From positions 9,610,001-9,674,000 of the forward strand of contig NC_088857.1 in NCBI RefSeq assembly GCF_963853765.1: 64,000 nucleotides of DNA, given 5' to 3'. Below, one piece after another: positions 35,201 to 46,500 of this stretch. The DNA comes from Magallana gigas. Its lineage: Eukaryota. The stretch's first letter is position 1, and each line of letters starts with the position of its first letter. The notes beneath the pieces were generated by a model. It saw only the letters and a list, made by a program, of their open reading frames with translations. It made no database searches and was not told where the DNA came from. A program made the translations under genes and the position numbers.

Positions 35201-36597
35201 TGCTGTTGTAATAAGGGGTCCGTGGAAGTGCATCTGAAGCTGACCAAGTCCGGATTTATCCCGGGGGAGAGGATCGCGTATGATGTGAGGCTGAAGAACA
35301 ACACCTCATCTGTACTCAAGGACATGACAATCACACTGCGGCGGGTACGTAAATCATCAGAACGTATATGTAAAAAGAGAGTCCTCGGTTCGAACCATGC
35401 TGCTAGGACCTACAAATTGCATAACTTTCTTTTAATTAAGTCAATTCTTTGATCGCTTAATAAAAATCAATACCAATCTACCATAGCTATATCTGGTGAA
35501 ATATTGATATGGAAGTAAAATAATGAAAGAGTGAACCTTGAGTCTGACGTACTTCTGTTGTGTGACACCTATAGGTGGTGGCGTACACTGGCCATTACAA
35601 AGGATTCAAGAGGACGCTGTCAGAGAGTAAGGTCTTCACCATAGCCGAGAGGGTGTTACGGCTGGGTGTTAATGAAGAAGAGACGTACGACGGCTCCTCT
35701 GTGGGGCAGGTGCCCGCTCTCCCACCTACCGGCCTACCCGGGTGTAAAATCATCGACATTAATTACTATGTGAAGGTAGGTAATTATCGGATTTGTCTAT
35801 CCCGCTTTGTTTTCTCCACTGGAATGTTTCAATATATTCAACTATTATACAATATATTGGACTCAACTCTTTTAAATATTATGCGACTGCATGGTCTGTT
35901 TTGTTTACTTTAGGTCTGATTGTTTTTTTGCAATGTCTTAGATCCTCAAAGCTTGATTGTGTTTTTGGTCTTCAGATTTCAGAGCCTTTTAAAACTGTGA
36001 TTAGATCAGAATGAAATGTTATTTTTACCCTCTAATAACACCTGCAATAACACTTCAGTGGTTGAAAAGAAAAACCAAATAAATTGCCATTCCTTCTATA
36101 TTACTCTTATTGTTCTTCTTTTCCATTTGCAATTAAGTTTGGCATGTTTGATTCGATAATACTCTTATTGCCTTTCTTTCCAGGTTGCAATAAAATTCGG
36201 CCTGTTTGATTCGATAATACTCTTATTGCCTTTCTTTCCAGGTTGCAATAAAATTCGGCCTGTCTGATTCGATATTACTCTTATTGCCTTTCTTTCCAGG
36301 TTGCAATAAAATTCGTCCTGTCTGATTCGATATTACTCTTATTGCCTTTCTTTCCAGGTTGCAATAAAATTCGGCCTGTCTGATTCGATATTACTCTTAT
36401 TGCCTTTCTTTCCAGGTTGCAATAAAGTCTGGCATGTTTGATTCGAAATTACTCTTACTGCTCTTCCTAACCAGTTGCAATAAAATGAAGCATGTTTGAT
36501 TAGATATTGCTCTTATTTCCAGGTTGCAATAAAGTTCGGCCTGTGTGGATCAGTGGACGTTGACGAGTGTAAAGTATGGATTGGAACCGAAGAGTGA
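29241..36597 (+). CDS. Arrestin-domain-containing protein (alpha-arrestin-like), about 322 aa; exons 29241-29256, 29898-30020, 30206-30343, 32392-32624, 35162-35344, 35575-35775, 36523-36597
   Basis: Exons sum to 969 nt in frame. Arrestin-N motifs SGMTVKGHV, GNHTYPFELDFPENMPSSF and GHVIY; arrestin-C motifs KSGFIPGERI...LKNNT, VPALPPT...IDINYYVKV and terminal IGT. Confidence 0.9.
30331..31581 (+). repeat. 41/42-bp minisatellite (29 direct units plus one inverted) built from the arrestin-gene exon 3 donor junction
   Basis: Unit actctgtacgaag|gtatcacgtctcttgcaatgtttatatcc is the last 13 exon nt plus 29 intron nt. It explains the long ORFs listed at 30178-31679. Confidence 0.97.
34591..34910. 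repeat. 19-bp minisatellite (ggtatgaagcttagatctt)n in arrestin-gene intron 4
   Basis: About 14-17 copies, with degenerate flanks back to about 34360. Confidence 0.9.
36101..36544 (+). repeat. 58-bp minisatellite (about 8 units) built from the acceptor junction of the last arrestin-gene exon
   Basis: actcttattgcctttctttccag|gttgcaataaaattcggcctgt repeats, with AG ends at 36183, 36241, 36299, 36357, 36415, 36474 and 36522. Confidence 0.95.
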
Positions 36598-37616
36598 ATT
36601 GGACATTATTTTATTTCACATTGTTATTGTAACATTTCACATCGTTTCATTTTTTGCAATTAAACATTTGAAAGAATTTTCTACCGTAATGCCATCTGGT
36701 TTTTCATTTTTTTTTTACGACTTGGGTATATTGAACAACTATACTTAGTTGAAGAGTATCAGAGTATCCAACTTTATGATTGCGTTGATTAGATACATGT
36801 TAGATGTCGGTATGTTATGCCATATGAAGACACATGCTGACAAAGATTATTTTATGCTAAAATGAATATTTAATTAAAAAAATATATACTAGTTTAATAA
36901 GAGTGTGGTATGCATCAGTATTTTGTTAGCGTTATTAGGAAATAACAGCAAAAACATATTGGTCAATAGAATAATTTACGTCATTCAAGTAAAGATAATT
37001 GGCATCTTTTGGGTTTGATAAACTTTTATCCAAATTATTTACCTGAAGCAAATTCATAATGAGATAAATAAACGAATGACAATGATGTCATGTAAAAACC
37101 TTCTGACCTTATGACCTTTCTGACATTTGATCAAGCAATATGAATTGTATTTTTCACTTCGAAAGTTTTCATAGCAAAGTCGTTACTTAAAATTGAAATG
37201 ACAAATAAGATTATGGTCAGTAAACTTCTGTTAGTGATATTTATGTGGGAAAGGCTATATAGAGGCTCATGTTGAAGCCAAGCTGAATTTTTAGTCGTTC
37301 TGTGCAAAATTCGTCTGCTATATATTTCATAGGACAGAAGTCTTTCTTCAAATAAAATATAGTTACATTGTATTTGCTTTAATCATTTGTTTTAGTAATG
37401 AAAAGATCAAATTATTATATATAAAGGAGATACTAGTATATATAGTCTAAAAATGGCCAAGACCACCTGATGCTCTCAACATTGAATCATGTTGTTATGA
37501 AGAATAATCATACCACGGGCATGATTCCAATATTAAATCGAAAAAGAATTGTGACACAAAAACTGTCCGTCATGTGTTAAATTTATATGGAAAAAAAGTT
37601 GTAGACAATTTATTTT

Positions 37617-37730
37617 TAGCTGCAGGTCTGTAGCTCCCGGTCTGAAAAAAATCGGATGGACGACCTGGGAGCTACAGTGCCCCCTATTGAAAAAAATGTG
37701 TATTAATTGCACACAAAAATTGCGCTAGTT
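37617..37730 (+). mobile_element. Transposon-like terminus with internal hairpin (left of luqin)
   Basis: tagctgcaggtctgtagctccc...gggagctacag; inverted homologue at 41760-41868 and a short third copy at 28055-28075. Confidence 0.55.
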
Positions 37731-38833
37731 TAGCTAATTTATATCATGATCCTAGGATAAGAAAATGAATAACAAAGGAATTGAAAGAAGCCTTCATAAT
37801 GAACAGAATTTTCGGGGGGGGGGGGGGGGTATGTAAAGCGCGACCAGATGGAGTCCAAGTTTATATGCAGAAATCCATAATCAAAATATGACGTCTTTTT
37901 TGTAAATAATAATATTCATAGTAACAGGAAGCAGGCTTGTTTTTATGAGAAATGTAAAATACCGGCCCTTGTATTTGATTAAAAGTAAATTTACCGGTGA
38001 ATATTATACTTGCATCAAGTTAGACGTTTTTGTGAGCAATGTGACCTTTGATTTATATACTAAACAACATGACATAAACAATTATAGATACTCTTGGACC
38101 CCCCCCCCTCCGGAAAAATTGTGGGATCCGCGCACGAGCCACCCCCATCAGTAGCAATTAAACAATATGAATATTTAACAAGAGGCTTTCAGGAACCGTT
38201 ACTTTTTTCTTGTTTAAAACTGTGAATGTCAAGCTTTCAGGTGCATATCATAGAATTCAGTTAAAAGGTGAATTTGTATACTGTTTGCATATAAAATGCA
38301 TTACGTAATTTCTAGAATTTGAATGGACGTTAGATACCAAGTTTCCAAAAACTACAGCCAATGAACATTGCTGTAAACAATACCAGTATTCCAAACTGAA
38401 GGCGAGAAGACACGTTTTTTGCTGCTAACAACCTCAATGGCTCATAAGATGCCGATTTATAATAGTACACAACTTTCAAAAACGTCTTTTATTTCAAATT
38501 GACGTCAACAAAATGTTTCTCGAACGAATATTTGGCTGAAATAATTGAATAATCTGCAACGATTAGATACAGAAATTCGAGTGCTCTCTGTAAATGAGAT
38601 TATTTACATTACACTTTGTAGAATGTCGTTTATTGGATGCAGAAACACAGGAAATTGAATTGAAATTTAACACTGAAGATATCACAATTTCGTTGCTACT
38701 TAGAACACGACTTTCCTCTCTGTGTAATTGGACGCAATAACTGCCTACTATTTTTTTGCAATTTTAATTTTCAAATAATAGAACGTGCTTTAAGTCTTTG
38801 TTGAGTTATTGTCTGATAAATGGACAAATCACA

Positions 38834-40322
38834 TCATGGCTGCCCTGAAGAAGATCGAAATCCGGAATCCGTCCTCCTGAAAGGAAAATCAAAATCAAAA
38901 AATAGAACTGTGTGTTGATCCTTAATTGTCTTGTTGGTGGGGTTTTTTTGTGTTATTTTTTATTTTTGGATGCGGTTCACCAAGAAAGAAAATGATATAG
39001 CTTTGTTCTGTTGTTTAAAAAACAGTAGGCTACTATTTGATGTAGGAATTATAATATTGTCTAATAAATGGGTTGCAAAATTTCTACAGAAAAAATAAAT
39101 ATATAAATTTCCCTCAAAAAATTGAATGACCTATATTGCCCATGTACATGTTATCTTCTCACGTAGCCAAATATAAGACCGTCATTCCATACATACAAGA
39201 AGTTTCTGCGTAAAGGTTGTAATGATCTACGTCAAATAATTCTCATTATGAATTCTTGCTTATAAAATACAAATAGATAAATGATTCATAAAATTAAGGT
39301 GAATGGTTTAATACTGAGGTTAAAAGATCATGGGCGAATAGGCTGTTGCAAATGGGTTTCATTTTATCATAAAATACTAACATGTGTGTATTTGAATAGA
39401 ATATTTGTAAGAAATGAAAAGGTGCGAAAACAGTATTTCCATAAACTGTATTCAGTAGTACCGTATAAGTGGAGCAAAAATACTGTAGTAAAAGATGTTG
39501 TTTAGATCAAACTGCCAAATTCTAAGCCCGATCCTATAACCTAAATTTATAATATTTATAACATTTCAAGAAGCCGGAGTCGATGTAGAGAGATGTACAT
39601 GTATCTATTAATCACAAAACTTTCATTGAATTAAAATTTTAACATTATGTTTTATAAGCGAGTTGGAGTTCTAATTCTAAATTGTTGGTGGCATCTTATA
39701 AGAAGGAAAGTTCATGCTTTGTAAAAGAGAAGGTTTGCTCCCTTGAATGTTTACCTGTAGCATTTAAAAAGACCCGGTACGTTGCTCTCCACACAGACTT
39801 TCTTTAACACATTGATGATATTGTCCACATTGTTGGCCTGTACGTCCGTCTGTTCTTCCAAAACGGGATAAACGTCGATGTCTTTATCTGTGCCGGAAAC
39901 TAAGAGAAAAAAAAATAAAATATACATATTGCAAATGTTTCTGTTTCAAAAATCTAACAACAGAATACAAAAGGCAATCAACGGGTTTTTTTTTTTAATA
40001 TTGTATGTGAAGTGTTAAATTCTCAAATTGGAAGCTTATGGTCGAACATATTGAAGAATGGTATTTTAACAGTTATAGTAAACAAATGGTAAACTGACCA
40101 AAAACCAATTCCAATTTTCTTTTGTGAACAATACGTTTTAAATAAGTGTAATGTGAAGTTGATATTGTGTGTATACTTACTCTGTTGCCATGGAGACGGG
40201 AATCTCTGGTCGAGACGCTTCCCAAACCGTCCCTGCGGCCGCCATTGTGGTGCGCCGTCACCCATGGAAAATGTGACGAGGAAGAGGACGGAGAAAACTG
40301 TTACTAACTCACCAAATTTCAT
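38834..40322 (-). CDS. luqin: Luqin neuropeptide precursor, 109 aa; exons 40322-40181, 39899-39755, 38876-38834
   Basis: A 23-aa signal peptide is followed directly by APQWRPQGRF-G-KR (amidated luqin WRPQGRFa), then an acidic spacer and a C-x10-C pair (CVESNVPGLFKC) typical of luqin/RYamide precursors. The acceptor just upstream of the ATG implies a non-coding first exon. Confidence 0.95.
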
Positions 40323-40522
40323 CACCTGCAAAAGATAGATATTATGTATGTATCATTTACCTGCGAAAGGCATAGTTATGTACGTGTATCATTTGTATGA
40401 TACTTTAAACGCACTCTATAAAATGTGTTCAATGTTAAGCGAAAATTGCTTATTTGCACTAAATATCATACACAGTCCAATATTATATTTTAACTTCACA
40501 ATGTTGTAACGGACAAGACCCA

Positions 40523-40856
40523 GTATACTATGGAGGGTAATCGTGTTCAAAAATCCAGACATGTAAACTTGTAAATCCGAATATGCAATCGTGTTGATGT
40601 GTGAGCCTGAGCATGAATATGTGTAGTTCTGATCGTGTAACCTATACAACTCGGGCATAAACACGCGTTTACTCAGTTCCTTCGCATGATGCACATTTTG
40701 CAATTTCATGTTTACATTAGTTAATTAAACCTTCAACTTTGCACACTTTCAATCCGTAGTTTCTGCGTTTGTAACTTCAGGCTCGGCAATAGCACATCTG
40801 ACGTAAATGTAAAGTCTACAAGTTTGTCGAATTTTGACATGACCTTGTATGGCAAC
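40523..40856. repeat. About 340-bp segment duplicated in inverted orientation at 43221-43575
   Basis: Copies align end to end (gtatactatggagggt...gaccttgtatggcaac); this explains the near-identical ORFs 40416-40709(-) and 43389-43595(+). Confidence 0.9.
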
Positions 40857-41759
40857 TGCCTTGCTGCGGGAAAAGGCATGCCGTAACCGCCGGACCGAAA
40901 TGAACGAAAAATAAACATAATATTCAGCTAAACTGTTGCAATAATGAGCAAGCATTTAATGAACGACATCTTTTCTATCGAAAACACCGTTATAATTTTT
41001 AAAAGAAAAAAAATTGAGGTATGATTGAAACTGGACCAAACAGGAAGAGGTTCATGTAGAAAAAAAAATCGTTGACGATGTGACGAATGCGCTAATTTCC
41101 GTAATATGATTCTCATGGTATTGTAAAAGGAAATGCCTAATATCTTATATCTCTAAAAAAAAATTTGACATGTAATTTAAACTGGAATATAAGTAAATGC
41201 GTACTCTTTTCTAGAAATGAGACGGATCAAGAAATTTCCTAAGGGGGTAAATATATTTTGAGCGGCATGGGGTTCGAAGACCGCCGTGAGGTCCCATGTA
41301 ACTCCATTGCTTCTGAATTCTAAGAATTTTGAGAGTGAATTTTTAACCGGGTTTCCGATTATTGAAATAGTAAAAATTGCAGACGGGCGAGTGGCTGTCA
41401 AAAAGGTACCCTTATTGTACCGATAACTCCTCGAACAGTTTTCAAGATAGGAAGTTGTTCTTTTGCAGATCATTTATACATATATATCAGAAGTATGCAA
41501 ATTGCTAGGATTTTGATTTCTGATAATTTATAAAAATATCAGCTGTTGAACTTAGTCATTTTTGGGCAAAAACATTGCATATAGAGTACCCCATTTTTAC
41601 TCTTGTTATTTTTCTGAATTAGTTAGAATAAACGACCTGCAATGATTTGGTAATTTTTCGCGGAAAAATTTATGTTACTTTACATCTATTTATACTTTTT
41701 GTTGTTGTGTAAGTGAAAGATAAATAATAACACAATCTTCAATATTAATAAAAAAAAAA

Positions 41760-41868
41760 TAGCGCATATTTTTTGTGCGCCGTAAATTGAAGTTTTACTA
41801 TGGGAGGCACTGTAGCTCAAAGATCGTCCATCTGTATTTTTAGACAGGGAGCTACAGACCTGCAGCTA
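41760..41868 (-). mobile_element. Transposon-like terminus (right of luqin), inverted homologue of 37617-37730
   Basis: gggagctacagacctgcagcta is the exact reverse complement of the first 22 nt at 37617; looser similarity over about 110 bp. Confidence 0.55.
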
Positions 41869-42410
41869 GTTCACAAGTGGCTGTAAAGCTGTATTATACT
41901 AGCTCTCCAGAAAATTTTTATCAGCCAACTTCACAAAGTGAGTGTGTATTGAACCGATATTCAGGACGTCATACTCAATCCCGTAATAATTGCTTAAAAT
42001 AATTTTTTAAAAATGTCAATTTTTACCTGCATGATAGGCTTTTTTTCCCTCTATATTGCCGGCAATGCAATAAAACATTTCTTAACATAATTTATACACA
42101 TTTTAATTTCACGACAGTTAACCTTATCTTTGGAATTTTTATTCATCTTTTTTAAAGAGGGTGTCGCTTCTTATGTCTCATATTACCGTGTAATCACAAT
42201 CTCAAAACCAATGTCTTTAACTAGTTTGTTTTTCCTATCGATAACTTTGCAACTCAGCTGACGGACCCCGTGTAATTTTTCGCTTTGGGGGGGGGGGGGG
42301 GGGGGGTCTTGTCACAACTTTGTGGTAGCGATAAGGATGCATTTGGAGATATTTTCTTAATTCAGCCGAGGTCTATACTTTAACAAATTGTTGCATGTAT
42401 CCTAATAATA

Positions 42411-42855
42411 GTGGCGCCGGAAGCAAATTGAAGGGTTGGGGGGGGGGGGGGGGGGTAAACTAATCATGAAAAATATTGACAAGAATTCCCATAATCATGA
42501 AAATTCTAATCCGTTGGGGAGGGTATACCAATAACTCCAATCTTACCTGCCCATCCCCCCCCCCCCCAATCATGAAATTCCTAATCCGTGGTGGTAGTGG
42601 TGGAGGGGGGGGGGGTGCTAGTATACCTACTATGACTCTAATTTTCAATATCACTATTACTATTTCATTCTCTTTAAGGTCTTTTAAGGAACAATTTTGT
42701 TTGTTGCGAGGAAAAAGTAGGGGGGGTGGGTGGTTGAATCCTCCCTGTTGCTATGTTCCTAATGGTTAGGTCTAACTTGGCAAAAAAGTGGGGGGGGGGG
42801 GGGCTAAGTCCCCCGCCCATAGCCCCCCCCCCCCCTCCCGGTTCAGACGCCTATG
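42411..42855. mobile_element. Poly-G/poly-C-rich interspersed repeat with imperfect termini
   Basis: ggcgccggaa...G tracts...aatcatgaaa motif three times...C tracts...ttcagacgcc. Confidence 0.4.
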
Positions 42856-43137
42856 AATAAAAATGCGTATATATCTTTATACACGTGTATTCAAACAAAG
42901 TCATTAAATCAGTGTAATTTTTTTCAGTTCTAAGAGGATATCTGAAGCCGATCGAATTCTTTTATACATTCTCTTGATAAAATGTACACCAATCTCATGA
43001 TTTAATTTTCCGAAAAATAATACTCTATGAAATGTTGTTATCCAGAGATAATATGATTATAGGCTTACCTAATTTTTTTTTAAATTTATTCCGTCCCTAT
43101 TCCGGCGATTACGGCATGCCTTTACCTGCTAGCCTTT

Positions 43138-43192
43138 TAGCCTGGTTCCCGAGGCCTTCCGGCACAATCGGAAGGCCTCGGGAACCAGGCTA
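43138..43192. mobile_element. 55-bp perfect hairpin insertion with 9-bp target-site duplication
   Basis: 24-bp arms tagcctggttcccgaggccttccg, 7-nt loop; ctagccttt at 43129-43137 and 43193-43201. Confidence 0.8.
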
Positions 43193-43220
43193 CTAGCCTT
43201 TTTCTATCAGTGACGTCACT

Positions 43221-43575
43221 GTTTCCATATAAGGTCATGTCAAAATTCGACAAACATGTAGACTTTACATTTGTCAATTTGTATCATGTCAGATGTGCTA
43301 TTGCCGAGCCTGAAGTTACAAATGCAGAAACTACGGATTGAAAGTGTGCAAAAGTTGAAGGTTTAATTAACTAATGTAAACAATAAAGTTGCAAAATATG
43401 CATCATGCGAAGGAACTGAGTCAAAACTTACACGTGTTTATGCCCGAGTTTTATAGGTTACATGAACAGAACTACACATATTCATGCTCAGGCTCACACA
43501 TCAACACGATTGCATATTCGGATTTCCAAGTTTACATGTCTGGATTTTTGAACACGATCACCCTCCATAGTATAC
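43221..43575. repeat. Second (inverted) copy of the 40523-40856 segment
   Basis: See 40523-40856; this copy carries small insertions. Confidence 0.9.
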
Positions 43576-46500
43576 AGTGTTTTGTAACTGTATAATATGG
43601 CCTTTTTCATCTGACAGAGAAACATATAGTTGTACATGGATGCTTCACATCCCACTTTTTGGGTTAATTTCTTGAAAATAGGAGTATTTTCCTGGTCTAT
43701 CACATCCATATTTCAATCGATGTATTTATTTTAAAGATTTGTCTCGTTCTGGAGATTGGGCACCTTACAATGTACATTCGTTAGAAATTTGTATTGCCAA
43801 TAGAAACCATAAATTGTGGGATATGATATCATACATCAGGTGTCTGTGGTTGTTATCACCTAACAAATATCATATATAAAAAGCCAAATACGTTCTTAAC
43901 TTTCATCACCTTCTTACTTTTACTGTAAATAGTTAGGATTGTGTTGTTAACTCGCAATACATCGCCTATAGCTGTAAAATATAACACCATTCCAAGATAA
44001 TCGCTAGCTTTCCTTACCTTAGAGATCGCTTATCAATCATAAACACAAATATCCTTGATTTCTTGATATGAAGCATGTGGGGTATTTTATATTGAAATTT
44101 TGACAAATTTCTATTTAACAGAATCAAATATTGGTCAAGTTTATATATAAAAAATGTACCAAAAAAGTAAAATACGCTAAAATATGTTGTCGTATACAGC
44201 TTTGTAAAGCTTTCTTTTATTCTCTTGATTGAATTGAGCCATAAATAATTTTTGTAGGTAATCAAAAAAGGAAAATAAGAAATGGAATAAAAAGGCAACA
44301 AAACAAAGATTAGAGATTTAGAACTAAATGGCTGAGCAAAACATCCTCTCACGGCAAGAAATGTTTTTCGAATGCATTTGTCTTTCAATTGTGATTTCCT
44401 ACTGCCACCATAACAAGTTATTGTTAAATTGTACATACAATTTAAGTTGCATTTATTCCATTGATACATGGGTATCTCAATCAATATTTCACCGATAACT
44501 TAGAAATGAATAATGTTTGACACAAAAATGTATCAAACCTTAAGGCAATTTAAAGTAAAGTGATCTTTTAATTTGCCTTTGTAAAAACACACCAACATAT
44601 AAACAGTTAGTGAGGCATTATTCCCTCTGTAAAAATATTTGCAAGAAGATAATAAAGGCAATGCATGGTAATGGTTAAAATAGGATGTCTTTTTTGCAGT
44701 CACTAAGTGTAACATTTTAACATGGACCATGTTTGCCAGACCAATTTACCGGAACCACAGACTTCATTTAACATGCACTGAATGATTTATTTTAATCACA
44801 TATTTTTTAGACGAGTTGGTAGTTGTGGGAGAGACCATTTAGCTACGTGAGTCGTACTAGGGAACTATATATGCCTGATCATCGAATAGGAATTAATTCA
44901 AGCGGCCATTATGCATCGCGGTGAAGAGGAAGTTATTTGCAAAGTGTTAACAATATTATTTGTTCAATAAACCATGCATGTGTTATGTTGCCATGGATTT
45001 TCGTTGTTCTGAACGCAAGTTCATTTTCATGAAAATCAAATAATTGACAATTTAATGGATATCATCTCCATGTATTATTGCGGTTAACTTCCGGTACTGT
45101 AATGCCGGGTGAGAGGTATACATTTAACGCTTCCTCTCGGATGTCGATCCCAGGATGATAATGCTAATGGTATTCTGCTAATCGCAGGGAAATTCAGAAT
45201 CAAGAGAGGTGCAACTAAACACCTCTTCATACCTGAAGCTAACATATGCATCTTTAAGAGTATGGATGACTGTTGTCCATTACGTAATAAAAGAAACTTT
45301 GGTCAAACGTTTAGATAATGCATCTTAATTTACAGTTCAGATTTAAAATAACATAAAACTTTTGCATTTACTTTTTTTTCATTATTTGTGTTAAAACCAA
45401 AGACAAATATAAAGAGCATAAGATGTTCAAATTTTTAATTTGGTCATAAGGTGTTTCATTAGGTATTAGATCAATATCATTTTCAAAAGTTATATCGACA
45501 ATAATACGTGATTTTAATCACTCGTTACTCGTCCAAAATCTTAAATAAACAAATTCTCAACAAAATCAAAAAATCGACATCTCTGCTATCTATTTTATAA
45601 TATGATTTATGAGCTTTACAAATAAAAGCTCTCATAAAAATAACATATATATATATATGTCCTTTCATTATGAAATTTATTAAACAATTTTAATACATTA
45701 TAACAGTGTTCTGGTTAAAAAAAGCAAAGTTGAGACCTAAAATATATCAAAGTACCACAGAAATCTACTAGTATCAGCGTAGAATCCACTATGTTAGAAT
45801 CCACTATAGCTTATACATTATTTCAATTATATTACTTCATTTCTTTATCCTCAAATCATTAGAAAATTATCAGGTGAAAAAAACAGGTAATATTGGTAAA
45901 CACCACTGAATTCACGCAATTAGACTTCAAAACTTTTTGAGAAAATATTGGTACTTTGACTACATATGTAATTAGTCACTAAAACCCGTCAATAAAACGT
46001 TTCGCGATAAATGGATTGGAATAGCTAAAAGTATTGGAATAGAAATAAAACGTGTTTATTCGAATCATTGTGATTTGGCGATCTCTTATAAAAATATTAA
46101 CCTGAGCAAAGTTAATTCAACGCCGTTCGCAACCAGGGTACATTGTTAATAACGGACAACATCCTTTTAATTTTTTTTATCACACCGAAAATCGAATTTA
46201 TATTCAATAATGGTCAGATTTGAATCTACACAAGATGAGAATACTAGTAATTAAAATTATCCCCAGATAGGGTTAATACATGTACAATGCAAAACATGTA
46301 CCTGAATATTTTGCAATTAAGCTGTGTGTGTGGGTTTTTTTTTTTTAATTAAATTCATTTTGCTGCAAAAACGTGTTTCGGTAATAATGCCTGTAACGTT
46401 ATCCTATATAATAAATATCATTTTAAAAAATTGTTAAAAGTTTATGAGAAGAAATGTCTCTCTACTAAGAATATAATAGTAACCAATATTTGTACAGAAC

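Noticed and set aside
36183-36241. Identical 58-bp period in the SELENOO and arrestin acceptor arrays
   Set aside because: The sequences are unrelated and the third array is 41/42 bp; treated as coincidence unless a genome-wide length peak is shown.
40416-43595. Two similar small ORFs (HHAKELS...YSCSGSHINTIAYSD) suggesting a peptide family
   Set aside because: Both lie in one inverted duplicated DNA segment, have indels between them and show no recognisable domain.
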